NCBI GenBank assembly: GCA_032718475.1
Contig: JAUCBJ010001182.1
Coordinates: forward strand, 1-64,000
From: Nemertoderma westbladi
Lineage: Eukaryota; Animalia; Xenacoelomorpha
Direction of reading: 5' to 3'
DNA: 64,000 bases
Under the pieces are notes generated by a model. The model worked only from the letters and a program-made list of their open reading frames with translations. It was not told the origin of the DNA and did no database searches. Of the stretch, positions 1 through 13,922 are shown in pieces. The translations under genes were made by a program, and so were the position numbers. Numbering within the stretch: position 1 is the first letter of the stretch; the number at the start of each line of letters is the position of its first letter.

Positions 1-1565
1 CATACCCCCCTCCCCCCACACCACCATACACCCCTCCCCCCACACCACCATACACCCCTCCCCCCTCACCACCATACACCCATCCCCCCCACACCACCAT
101 ACACCCCTCCCCCCACACCTCCATACGCCCCTCCCCCCTCACCACCATACACCCCTCCCCCCACACCACCATACACCCCTCCCCCCACACCACCATACAC
201 CCATCCTCTCCCCTCACCACCACACACCCCTCCCCCCACACCACCATACGCCCCTCCCCCCACTCACCATCCACCCCCCCCCCCACACCACCATACACCC
301 CCCCCCCCCACCCACCATACACCCCTCCCCCTCCCCCCACACCACCATACACCCCTCCCCCACACCACCATACACCCCTCCCCCCACACCACCACACACC
401 CCTCCCCCCACACCTCCAAACACCCCTCACCCCTCCCACCATCCACCCCTCCCCCCACACCACCATACACCCCTCCCCCCTCACCACCATACCCCCCTCC
501 CCCTCACCACCACACACCCCTCCCCCCACACCACCATACACCCCTCCCCCCTCACCACCATACACCCCTCCCCCCACACCACCAAACACCCCTCCCCCCT
601 CACCACCATACACCCCTCCCCCCACACCACCATACACCCCTCCACACCACCATACACCCCTCCCCCCACACCACCATACACCCCTCCCCCCACACCACCA
701 TACACCCCTCCCCCACACCACCATATACCCCTCCCCCCACACCACCAAACACCCCTCCCCCCTCACCACCATACACCCCTCCCCCCACACCACCATACAC
801 CCCTCCCCCTCCCCCCACACCACCATACACCCCTCCCCCTCCCCCTCCCCCTCCCCTCACACTACTATACACCCCTCCCCCTCCACCCTCACCACCATAC
901 ACCCCTCCCCCCACACCACCAAACACCCCTCCCCCCTCACCACCATACACCCCTCCCCCACACCACCATACACCCCTCCCCCCACACCACATACACCCCC
1001 CCCCCACACCACTATACCCCTCCCCCCCCCAAACACCCCTCCCCCCACACTACACCCTCCCCCCCCAATACCCCCCCCCCTCTCCCCACACCACCATACA
1101 CCCCTCCCCCCACACCACCATACACCCCTCCCCCCACACCACCATATACCCCTCCCCCCACACCACCAAACACCCCTCCCCCCTCACCACCATACACCCC
1201 CCCCCCACACCACCATACACCCCTCCCCCTCCCCCCACACCACCATACACCCCTCCCCCCTCCCCCTCCCCTCACACTACTATACACCCCTCCCCCCTCA
1301 CCACCATACAACCTCCCCCCACACCACCAAACACCCCTCCCCCCTCACCACCATACACCCCTCCCCCACACCACCATACACCCCTCCCCCACACCACCAT
1401 ACACCCCTCCCCCCACACCACCATACACCCCTCCCCCCACACCATCAAACACCCCTCCAACCTCACCACCATACACCCCTCCCCCCACACCACCATACAC
1501 CCCTCCCCCCACACCACCATACACCCCTCCCCCCTCCCCCCACACCACCAAACACCCTCTCCCCC
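1..1565. repeat. C-rich ~24-bp minisatellite (CACACCACCATACACCCCTCCCCC)n; G-rich on the minus strand
   Basis: Tandem degenerate copies run from the window edge to ~1565. The Gly/Val-rich ORFs are translation artefacts of the repeat. Confidence 0.95.
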
Positions 1566-2329
1566 GGATTTAGATGACATTTTACAGAGTCAGCTTATTA
1601 GATAGTGCATTGCACAGCTCCGGCTGCGCGGTTCACTTAGTATCCAGGATACTTCCTGATTAATACACAGGGGGGTTGGGTTGCACAGCACACTACTCTC
1701 ATAGTAAAATGATTGTATATACCGGACGACCAAATTCATTAGGGTTCAACATAGTGGCTGCAGATTCGCATCATTGCCTGCATGTCGCGTTGGCAGGCCC
1801 GTATGGGTCATAGTTGCTGATACAAGTCGAACTATTTGAAGCAGCATATAAATGATAAACTGTTCGCAAGCTCTAATAAGATTACCAAGATATTGAAAGT
1901 GAAAATAGTGGTTTGGGTATTGCGATGGGTAACAAGACAGAACCTTATATTTAGGGTAGAGTCTTAGACATGTTACATGTCTATCAGAAACATTTTAGCT
2001 CCAATAAAGCGATACGATTATAATAAAATACAGAAAGGCAAGTTATAAAAAACAACAAACCTCCACAACACTATGCTGTGTGTCCAATTCGTCAACAAAG
2101 AGTCTGTCAACATCCCATAATTTCCCCCAAATCATTCATACATAAATCTGCAGTAGTCGAATGTAGTGTATGAACCTGCAGATACTGCAGAATGTATATT
2201 TAGTAATGCAACCCTGCCAAAAGTAGGAACTGATTGAAAGCATTAGCAACTATTTTGAGATCGGGTACTAGGTATTAAATCAAGAAATATTAATTCATTT
2301 CCTGTCCCAACCCCAAACCCAAGACCATT

Positions 2330-5040
2330 CCATGCTTTGCAGAACCCACAGAGGCATAATGAGTTTGATCACAGGAGTGCAAACAGAAGGCGCCTGCAGA
2401 TACCACCTATCACTGTGGGGAACCGTCGTGCCAGCATCACATCACACCCAGCTACCAGGGTTTCGGCAAGGTGGCTGATAAAGATCTCAGCCTCTTTGCA
2501 CCAGACCCCGTCATGGTGCATTTGAGGGATGTAATGAAGGAGATCCTTCGCTCCTCCCATACAGCATTGTTGTGCTCATTCTTAGCACACACCCATTGAT
2601 TGAGTATGGACTCAACAGGTCATTTCGAGGGGGTATTTCTGTTTATGGTCACTATATCGAAAGACACCACCTGGTAAACCTATACTCCTTATCCCTCCAG
2701 CAATATTACCAGAGTGTAGTCTTTGACAAACAAACTGCTGAACACAGTAAAGATCAGGTAACAGAATGCCATACACTAGCTTAACAATAAGCCCCCCCCC
2801 CCCCCCCCCCCCCCACATTTTCAGTTGAGGGTGTGGATGGTAAAGAATTGGGCTCACACCCGCAGTCCACAACCTCATAATATGAAGGGAGGCTAGTCAG
2901 TGTGAGGCCATAGTGCAATGAGAGGTTGCCCTGGAACACCTCCCAAAGAGTACTGGTCCTAACTAACTAAGATGTTCTTGTCTGTGGTGTCGTCTACTCA
3001 GAGCAGGCAGTCTCTCTCCACCTGGGTACTGGACAGTTGGACATACCAAGATGTGCTGTCTGGGAGTACTCTTTGGCCACTTTATCATACCAGTCGATGC
3101 AGACCCATCCTGATCCCTTCTCCATCATAACCTTCCTCATCACAAACTCCTGGACGCCTGGATTGCCCCCCAGAAATCAGTCCCCTGTAGCGATCTGAAC
3201 AATGTATCCCGGATGTGACGAGTAAGGCAACAATTTTGAACACTTCTTCAGTGAATATCGCGAAATTTTGCAAATGTCGCTTTTTTGCAATATTTTGTGC
3301 CAATACTAATACTAATACCAATAATATAGATGGAGCTTCGCAAAAGTCGCTTCGCGAAGTTTTGTATTTGCCAATACTATAGGTGAAGCTTCACAAACGT
3401 CGCGATCTTTGCGAATGTTCTAGAACATTAAAATAAAATTGAATTGATGTACATCACAAAAATTTTATTTCTTTCATAAAAATTACATTCAGTTACATTT
3501 CATTCGTTTTCTTTATACTTCAGTGCCTGTAATTACTTGGTTTTGCGACAAAAAAGCTCATGAAATTTTCTTTCTATTTAAATTTGTCAGTATTGTTTTT
3601 GCTTACACCGATAGTTTAACCAAAATAAAATATTAGGGAAACGAAAGGGTTACAGAGGGAGGCCTTTCTAACCGATTTAGATTTAAACGATTTCATTACA
3701 AATTTAAGGAAAGGAGCAGGTTTCAGAGATGGGCTTTTTCAACCAAAACAAACGAAATCATTACAAATTTCAGTGCATTTCTATTCAAACTTTCACATTT
3801 CATGCAGATTTCAGTGGCTGACTTTTCTAACCAAAACATCAAACGATATTGTTAAAAATTGAGTTAAAGGAACAGCTAACAGAGATTAACATTTCGTAAC
3901 GAATTTCGCAAAGATTGCGACATTTGTGAGAGTGCAGTATATTACATATCCTCCAAATTTTTCATATTAGCTAGTATTTGCTAATTTCTTTATGTATAAT
4001 ATTTATATAGATTAAATTTCCTATCCAATTTAAATATTGCTTTAGACGAAATATTTTTCATTCGAGAACATTTTATAGAAATATTATATAATTGGGGAAC
4101 AATCATGAGGCGAAATTTCGCGATTTTCGCCAAAGAATTTTTCAAAATCGTTGCCCTAATGGATGGATGTGACAAACAGTTTGTGAGCCCAGTTCATAAA
4201 CTCGGGCTTTACTATTACATTAAGTAACTCTTCATTGGCTCATGGTTGTAGCAGCATATCCAAGGTGATGCGAAACCTCGACACCTCACTATGAGGCAAG
4301 CATTAAGACAACCCTGTGATGGCTCAGCCTTTGAGGTGAGAGCTGTGGGCTTCATAATGGGTTAGGAGCGTGAACCACAGTTCCCCCCACCACAACACCA
4401 CTGGATTGGTGCTTCCACTTAGGGTGTTTGGCACCTTTAATACCGGCTGCCTTTTAACTTTCACAGCCTTAAAATGTTGAAGGTCATTGCAAAGCTCAAA
4501 GGCATTGGAGGAAATCTCCATATGTGGGGGGTGCTTGGAGCAAACATCCCGGACTGCGACCCCTATTGGCTCACGCTTGGCTTGTTTCTCAGTATCTACA
4601 GCTCCCGACTGTCTCTGTCCAGTCACCTGTCTTACTGCACAGTGATTCTGACCAGCCAAAATATTTTAGTTGGAGAGATCTTGGCTAATTTCCCCGCATC
4701 TGTAATTTGGGAACTTTCCCTGCAGCGCTCAACTTCTCTGATTTAGCTGTATAAATTTGTAGCATAATGATAATATAATCCCACATAATGATATGCCTTT
4801 GTATCATCTGTTTAATGTCGGTGCCCTAAGAAACTTCGGCATCATGCTCAAACATCGTCGCTATGAAGCACAAATATCTCTTGGATGGGTGGATGCTGTT
4901 TGTCAATTGCTTTATCTGATAAAAGATTGCGATGTCTGCCACCTTTCGGCCAACCGTACCGCCTGGAATAGTGTAGGGCGGTTAGGGAGAGCAATGCTCA
5001 ATCATGATGAGCCTTACTGGAGGATCCTGGGCGGTTGAGG
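2330..5040 (-). mobile_element. Decayed CRE-like (restriction-like endonuclease) non-LTR retrotransposon remnant, interrupted by a MITE
   Basis: Minus-strand fragments DGVWCKEAEIFISHLAE...GGICRRLLFALL*SNSLCL (cf. RLSFALLRAxxLCLRGSR C-terminus), FQGNLSLHYGLTLTSLP (cf. FRDALxLRYG) and VRDVCSKHP. Many stops and frameshifts; boundaries approximate. Confidence 0.6.
3223..4158. mobile_element. MITE / non-autonomous DNA transposon with ~45-bp imperfect TIRs (TAGGG-type end, hAT-like)
   Basis: Left TAAGGCAACAATTTTGAACACTTCTTCAGTGAATATCGCGAAATTT vs reverse complement of right TAGGGCAACGATTTTGAAAAATTCTTTGGCGAAAATCGCGAAATTT. AT-rich non-coding interior. GGATGTGAC occurs near both flanks but offset, so the TSD is not clean. 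Confidence 0.7.
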
Positions 5041-5289
5041 TATTCCAAAGGCGTCCTCGAGGTGATCAGATACCAGAGGTGGTTATGAATTGGGTCCTCA
5101 AGGAACCTGGGTAACCGTGGTTACATAAGTGACTGTTGTCAATGTTGCTGTCATCAGTGGGCAAATAAGTCTAGGGGACTAAGGTTTGATCATGGTCGGA
5201 AGTATTAATGGTGGATGAATCGTTGTTGAGATTAATAAAGCGGCCTGTTGCTAGGGGTGCACATCTATTGCAGTATTTACTGAAGCGCA

Positions 5290-8200
5290 CACAACGACAC
5301 TGGTGGGGACACACTGATGCTTAACGGAACTACTACACGACACTGGTGGGGATACAAGCGTGCTTAACGCAACTACACGACACTGGTGGGGACACAAGCG
5401 TGCTTAACGCAACTACACGACACTGGTGAGGACACACTGGTGCTTAACGCAACTACAACACGACACTGGTGGGGACACAAGCGTGCTTAACGCAACTACA
5501 ACACGACACTGGTGGGGACACAAGCGTGCTTAACGCAACTACACGACACTGGTGAGGACACACTGGTGCTTAACGCAACTACAACACGACACTGGTGGGG
5601 ACACAAGCGTGCTTAACGCAACTACACGACACTGGTGGGGACACAAGCGTGCTTAACGCAACTACACGACACTGGTGAGGACACACGGTGCTTAACGCAA
5701 CTACAACACGACACTGGTGGGGACACAAGCGTGCTTAACGCAACTACAACACGACACTGGTGGGGACACAAGCGTGCTTAACGCAACTACAACACGACAC
5801 TGGTGGGGACACAAGCGTGCTTAACGCAACTACACGACACTGGTGGGGACACACGCGTGCTTAACGCAACTACAACACGACACTGGTGGGGACACAAGCG
5901 TGCTTAACGCAACTACAACACGACACTGGTGGGGACACAAGCGTGCTTAACGCAACTACACGACACTGGTGGGGACACAAGCGTGCTTAACGCAACTACA
6001 CGACACTGGTGAGGACACACTGGTGCTTAACGCAACTACAACACGACACTGGTGGGGACACAAGCGTGCTTAACGCAACTACACGACACTGGTGGGGACA
6101 CAAGCGTGCTTAACGCAACTACAACACGACACTGGTGGGGACACAAGCGTGCTTAACGCAACTACAACACGACACTGGTGGGGACACAAGCGTGCTTAAC
6201 GCAACTACACGACACTGGTGGGGACACAAGCGTGCTTAACGCAACTACACGACACTGGTGGGGACACACGCGTGCTTAACGCAACTACACGACACTGGTG
6301 ATGACACAAGCGTGCTTAACGCAACTACAACACAACGACACTGGTGGGGACACAAGCATGCTTAACGCAACTACAACACGACACTGGTGGGGACACAAGC
6401 GTGCTTAATGCAACTACACGACACTGGTGGGGACACAAGCGTGCTTAACGCAACTACACGATACTGGTGGGGACACAAGCGTGCTTAACGCAACTACACG
6501 ACACTGGTGGGGACACACGCGTGCTTAACGCAACTACAACACGACACTGGTGGGGACACAAGCGTGCTTAACGCAACTACACGACACTGGTGATGACACA
6601 AGAGTGCTTAACGCAACTACAACACAACGACACTGGTGGGGACACAAGCGTGCTTAACGCAACTACGCGACACTGGTGGGGACACAAGCGTGCTTAACGC
6701 AACTACACGACACTGGTGATGACACAAGCGTGCTTAACGCAACTACAACACAACGACACTGGTGGGGACACAAGCGTGCTTAACGCAACTACACGACACT
6801 GGTGGGGACACACGCGTGCTTAACGCAACTACACGACACTGGTGGGGACACAAGCGTGCTTAACGCAACTACAACACAACGACACTGGTGGGGACACAAG
6901 CGTGCTTAACGCAACTACACGACACTGGTGGGGACACAAGCGTGCTTAACGCAACTACACGACACTGGTGGGGACACAAGCGTGCTTAACGCAACTACAC
7001 GACACTGGTGGTGACACAAGCGTGCTTAACGCAACTACAACACAACGACACTGGTGGGGACACAAGCGTGCTTAACGCAACTACACGACACTGGTGGGGA
7101 CACACGCGTCCTTAACGCAACTACACGACACTGGTGATGACACAAGCGTGCTTAACGCAACTACAACACAACGACACTGGTGGGGACACAAGCGTGCTTA
7201 ACGCAACTACAACACGACACTGGTGGGGACACAAGCGTGCTTAACGCAACTACAACACGACACTGGTGGGGACACAAGCGTGCTTAACGCAACTACATGA
7301 CACTGGTGGGGACACACGCGTGCTTAACGCAACTACACGACACTGGTGGGGACACAAGCGTGCTTAACGCAACTACAACACAACGACACTGGTGGGGACA
7401 CAAGCATGCTTAACGCAACTACAACACGACACTGGTGGGGACACAAGCGTGCTTAACGCAACTACACGACACTGGTGGGGACACAAGCGTGCTTAACGCA
7501 ACTACACGATACTGGTGGGGACACAAGCGTGCTTAACGCAACTACACGACACTGGTGGGGACACACGCGTGCTTAACGCAACTACAACACGACACTGGTG
7601 GGGACACAAGCGTGCTTAACGCAACTACACGACACTGGTGATGACACAAGAGTGCTTAACGCAACTACAACACAACGACACTGGTGGGGACACAAGCGTG
7701 CTTAACGCAACTACGCGACACTGGTGGGGACACAAGCGTGCTTAACGCAACTACACGACACTGGTGATGACACAAGCGTGCTTAACGCAACTACAACACA
7801 ACGACACTGGTGGGGACACAAGCGTGATTAACGCAACTACCTTAACGCAACTACAACACAACGACACTGGTGGGGACACAAGCGTGCTTAACGCAACTAC
7901 GCGACACTGGTGGGGACACAAGCGTGCTTAACGCAACTACGCGACACTGGTGGGGACACAAGCGTGCTTAACGCAACTACACGACACTGGTGATGACACA
8001 AGCGTGCTTAACGCAACTACAACACAACGACACTGGTGGGGACACAAGCGTGCTTAACGCAACTACGCGACACTGGTGGGGACACAAGCGTGCAAAACGC
8101 AACTACACGACACTGGTGGGGACACAAGCGTGCTTAACGCAACTACAACACAACGACACTGGTGGGGACACAAGCGTGCTTAACGCAACTACGCGACACT

Positions 8201-11200
8201 GGTGGGGACACAAGCGTGCTTAACGCAACTACACGACACTGGTGGGGACACACGCGTGCTTAACGCAACTACACGACACTGGTGGGGACACAAGCGTGCT
8301 TAACGCAACTACAACACAACGACACTGGTGGGGACACAAGCGTCTTAACGCAACTAGACGACACTGGTGGGGACACACGCGTGCTTAACGCAACTACACG
8401 ACACTGGTGATGACACAAGGGTGCTTAACGCAACTACAACACAACGACACTGGTGGGGACACAAGCGTGCTTAACGCAACTACAACACAACGACACTGGT
8501 GGGGACACAAGCGTGCTTAACGCAACTACGCGACACTGGTGGGGACACAAGCGTGCAAAACGCAACTACACGACACTGGTGGGGACACAAGCGTGCTTAA
8601 CGCAACTACAACACAACGATACTGGTGGGGACACAAGCGTGCTTAACGCAACTACACGACACTGGTGGGGACACACGCGTGCTTAACGCAACTACACTGG
8701 TGGGGACACAAGCGTGCTTAACGCAACTACACTGGTGGGGACACAAGCGTGCTTAACGCAACTACAACACAACGACACTACTGGTGGGGACACAAGCGTG
8801 CTTAACGCAACTACACGACACTGGTGGGGACACAAGCGTGCTTAACGCAACTACAACACAACTACACTGGTGGGGACACAAGCGTGCTTAACGCAACTAC
8901 AACACAACGACACTGGTGGGGACACAAGCGTGCGTAACGCAACTACAACACAACGACACTGGTGGGGACACAAGCATGCTTAACGCAACTACAACACGAC
9001 ACTGGTGGGGACACAAGCGTGCTTAATGCAACTACACGACACTGGTGGGGACACAAGCGTGCTTAACGCAACTACATGATACTGGTGGGGACACAAGCGT
9101 GCTTAACGCAACTACACGACACTGGTGGGGACACACGCGTGCTTAACGCAACTACAACACGACACTGGTGGGGACACAAGCGTGCTTAACGCAACTACAC
9201 GACACTGGTGATGACACAAGAGTGCTTAACGCAACTACAACACAACGACACTGGTGGGGACACAAGCGTGCTTAACACAACTACGCGACACTGGTGGGGA
9301 CACAAGCGTGCTTAACGCAACTACACGACACTGGTGATGACACAAGCGTGCTTAACGCAACTACAACACAACGACACTGGTGGGGACACAAGCGTGCTTA
9401 ACGCAACTACGCGACACTGGTGGGGACACAAGTGTGCTTAACGCAACTACGCGACACTTGTGGGGACACAAGCGTGCTTAACGCAACTACAACACAACGA
9501 CACTGGTGGGGACACAAGCGTGCTTAACGCAACTACGCGACACTGGTGGGGACACAAGCGTGCAAAACGCAACTACACGACACTGGTGGGGACACAAGCG
9601 TGCTTAACGCAACTACAACACAACGACACTGGTGGGGACACAAGCGTGCTTAACGCAACTACGCGACACTGGTGGGGACACAAGCATGCTTAACGCAACT
9701 ACACGACACTGGTGGGAACACACGCGTGCTTAACGCAACTACACGACACTGGTGGGGACACAAGCGTGCTTAACGCAACTACAACACAACGACACTGGTG
9801 GGGACACAAGCGTGCTTAACGCAACTACGCGACACTGGTGGGGACACAAGCGTGCAAAACGCAACTACACGACACTGGTGGGGACACAAGCGTGCTTAAC
9901 GCAACTACAACACAACGACACTGGTGGGGACACAAGCGTGCTTAACGCAACTACGCGACACTGGTGGGGACACAAGCGTGCTTAACGCAACTACACGACA
10001 CTGGTGGGGACACACGCGTGCTTAACGCAACTACACGACACTGGTGGGGACACAAGCGTGCTTAACGCAACTACAACACAACGACACTGGTGGGGACACA
10101 AGCGTGCTTAACGCAACTAGACGACACTGGTGGGGACACACGCGTGCTTAACGCAACTACACGACACTGGTGATGACACAAGGGTGCTTAACGCAACTAC
10201 AACACAACGACACTGGTGGGGACACAAGCGTGCTTAACGCAACTACAACACAACGACACTGGTGGGGACACAAGCGTGCTTCACGCAACTACGCGACACT
10301 GGTGGGGACACAAGCGTGCTTAACGCAACTACAACACAACGATACTGGTGGGGACACAAGCGTGCTTAACGCAACTACACGACACTGGTGGGGACACACG
10401 CGTGCTTAACGCAACTACACTGGTGGGGACACAAGCGTGCTTAACGCAACTACACGACACTGGTGGGGACACACGCGTGCTTAACGCAACTACAACACAA
10501 CGATACTGGTGGGGACACAAGCGTGCTTAACGCAACTACACGACACTGGTGGGGACACACGCGTGCTTAACGCAACTACACTGGTGGGGACACAAGCGTG
10601 CTTAACGCAACTACACTGGTGGGGACACAAGCGTGCTTAACGCAACTACACGACACTGGTGGGGACACAAGCGTGCTTAACGCAACTACAACACAACGAT
10701 ACTGGTGGGGACACAAGCGTGCTTAACGCAACTACACGACACTGGTGGGGACACACGCGTGCTTAACGCAACTACACTGGTGGGGACACAAGCGTGCTTA
10801 ACGCAACTACACTGGTGGGGACACAAGCGTGCTTAACGCAACTACAACACAACGACACTACTGGTGGGGACACAAGCGTGCTTAACGCAACTACACGACA
10901 CTGGTGGGGACACAAGCGTGCTTAACGCAACTACAACACAACTACACTGGTGGGGACACAAGCGTGCTTAACGCAACTACAACACAACGACACTGGTGGG
11001 GACACAAGCGTGCTTAACGCAACTACAACACAACGACACTGGTGGGGACACAAGCATGCTTAACGCAACTACAACACGATACTGGTGGGGACACAAGCGT
11101 GCTTAATGCAACTACACGACACTGGTGGGGACACAAGCGTGCTTAACGCAACTACATGATACTGGTGGGGACACAAGCGTGCTTAACGCAACTACACGAC

Positions 11201-13126
11201 ACTGGTGGGGACACACGCGTGCTTAACGCAACTACAACACGACACTGGTGGGGACACAAGCGTGCTTAACGCAACTACACGACACTGGTGATGACACAAG
11301 AGTGCTTAACGCAACTACAACACAACGACACTGGTGGGGACACAAGCGTGCTTAACACAACTACGCGACACTGGTGGGGACACAAGCGTGCTTAACGCAA
11401 CTACACCACACTGGTGATGACACAAGCGTGCTTAACGCAACTACAACACAACGACACTGGTGGGGCCACAAGCGTGCTTAACGCAACTACGCGACACTGG
11501 TGGGGACACAACCGTGCTTAACGCAACTACGCGACACTTGTGGGGACACAAGCGTGCTTAACGCAACTACACGACACTGCTGATGACACAAGCGTGCTTA
11601 ACGCAACTACAACACAACGACACTGGTGGGGACACAAGCGTGCTTAACGCAACTACGCGACACTGGTGGGGACACAAGCGTGCAAAACGCAACTACACGA
11701 CACTGGTGGGGACACAAGCGTGCTTAACGCAACTACAACACAACGACACTGGTGGGGACACAAGCGTGCTTAACGCAACTACGCGACACTGGTGGGGACA
11801 CAAGCATGCTTAACGCAACTACACGACACTGGTGGGGACACACGCGTGCTTAACGCAACTACACGACACTGGTGGGGACACAAGCGTGCTTAACGCAACT
11901 AGACGACACTGGTGGGGACACACGCGTGCTTAACGCAACTACACGACACTGGTGATGACACAAGGGTGCTTAACGCAACTACAACACAACGACACTGGTG
12001 GGGACACAAGCGTGCTTAACGCAACTACAACACAACGACACTGGTGGGGACACAAGCGTGCTTAACGCAACTACGCGACACTGGTGGGGATACAAGCGTG
12101 CAAAACGCAACTACACGACACTGGTGGGGACACAAGCGTGCTTAACGCAACTACAACACAACGATACTGGTGGGGACACAAGCGTGCTTAACGCAACTAC
12201 ACGACACTGGTGGGGACACACGCGTGCTTAACGCAACTACACTGGTGGGGACACAAGCGTGCTTAACGCAACTACACTGGTGGGGACACAAGCGTGCTTA
12301 ACGCAACTACAACACAACGACACTACTGGTGGGGACACAAGCGTGCTTAACGCAACTACACGACACTGGTGGGGACACAAGCGTGCTTAACGCAACTACA
12401 ACACAACTACACTGGTGGGGACACAAGCGTGCTTAACGCAACTACAACACAACGACACTGGTGGGGACACAAGCGTGCTTAACGCAACTACAACACAACG
12501 ACACTGGTGGGGACACAAGCGTGCTTAACGCAACTGTACGAAACTGGTGGGGACACAAGCGTGCTTAACGCAACTATACGAAACTGGTGGGGACACAAGC
12601 GTGCTTAACGCAACTACAACACAACGACACTGGTGGGGACACAAGCGTGCTTAACGCAACTACAACACAATGACACTGGTGGGGACACACGCGTGCTTAA
12701 CGCAACTACAACACGACACTGGTGGGGACACAAGCGTGCTTAACGCAACTACACGACACTGGTGGGGACACACGCGTGCTTAACGCAACTACAACACAAC
12801 GACACTGGTGGGGACACAAGCGTGCTTAACGCAACTACACGACACTGGTGGGGACACAAGCGTGCTTAACGCAACTACACGATACTGGTGGGGACACACG
12901 CGTGCTTAACGCAACTACAACACAACGACACTGGTGGGGACACAAGCGTGCTTAACGCAACTACACGACACTGGTGGTGGGGACACAAGCGTGGTTAACG
13001 CAACTACACTGGTGGGGACACAAGCGTGGTTAACGCAACTACACTGGTGGGGACACAAGTGTGCTTAACGCAACTACACTGCACTGGTGGGGACACAAGT
13101 GTGCTTAACGCAACTACACTGGTGGG
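5290..13126. repeat. 7.8-kb minisatellite, 40-bp core ACACGACACTGGTGGGGACACAAGCGTGCTTAACGCAACT with 35/43/48-bp length variants
   Basis: Continuous tandem array of highly similar units. Length variants arise in the ACA/ACAAC segment; there are no unique spacers. Confidence 0.97.
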
Positions 13127-13542
13127 TTAATATAAATGTTCAATATAAAACATAATCAGTCAAACAGCAATATCGGTAGACATGAAGTATGATTTATATT
13201 ATAATCTTGATTAAAATTTTGTTCAGTTAGTTAGAAATAGTAATATTTATTGTATGTCGTCACTTTCAATATGGTGGTTTGTGGATAGAGGGATGTGTAG
13301 ATTGGGAATGATATATAATAAAAAAAAAAAGTGTTTTGCCAAAGTAAAATTCAAAATATTTCAGTTAGTTTCCTGCCCTGACACTAAGCTGACAGTTCAT
13401 AAATGATTGAACAAAACTGACAAGAAAATCAAAAAAATATTTTAAAAAAACCGGAGAGAAGGGGCAGAAAACTTTCTATTAAGAATACAAAATTTTAAAT
13501 AAATTATAAATAAATTTGGCAAATAAATTTAAACACGTTTAC

Positions 13543-13922
13543 CTCATAATGATGACACCGATTATGCAGGTATATCTGACACCAATCTTCCGGAAAACAC
13601 GGCCGGCAAAGTACATTGCAACACCAAATCCGACATACCATGCCACCAGCAGCCAATTCAAGTCTTCATAGTGTCCTGAATACCTATAGTATTTGTGAAG
13701 GTATGATTCGAAGTAAGGGTACATATTTGTAAACGTGAAAATTGTACCCATAGTCATGTTCATGCAGAATGCTGCCGCTAGTGACATGCATCTCCGATTA
13801 AAACATATTTTAATCCTGCATCTTCTCAACTTCATTCGTAAGACGGACACGAAACTCTGAGACACTGGTCGATTTATTTCTTCCTGGGAATTTAGAGATT
13901 CTGACAACCAATCAGATTGCAT
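13543..13922 (-). CDS. First coding exon of an OFA/OxlT-like MFS transporter paralog (rest of the gene not seen in the window)
   Basis: SLAAAFCMNMTMGTIFTFTNMYPYFESYL...YEDLNWL...GVRYTCIIG aligns with exon 1 of the gene at 45382. It ends ATG AG|gtaaac, the same intron position and phase. Confidence 0.8.

Noticed and set aside
66-1580. Gly-rich protein ORFs
   Set aside because: They occur in all three minus frames as a by-product of a 24-bp G-rich repeat.
7990-12231. Repeated 60-79 aa ORFs (TQACLTQLQH...)
   Set aside because: Translations of the minisatellite with alternative starts; no splice or coding evidence.
5290-13126. CRISPR array
   Set aside because: Units are contiguous with no unique spacers, there are no cas genes, and the context is eukaryotic; it is a minisatellite.
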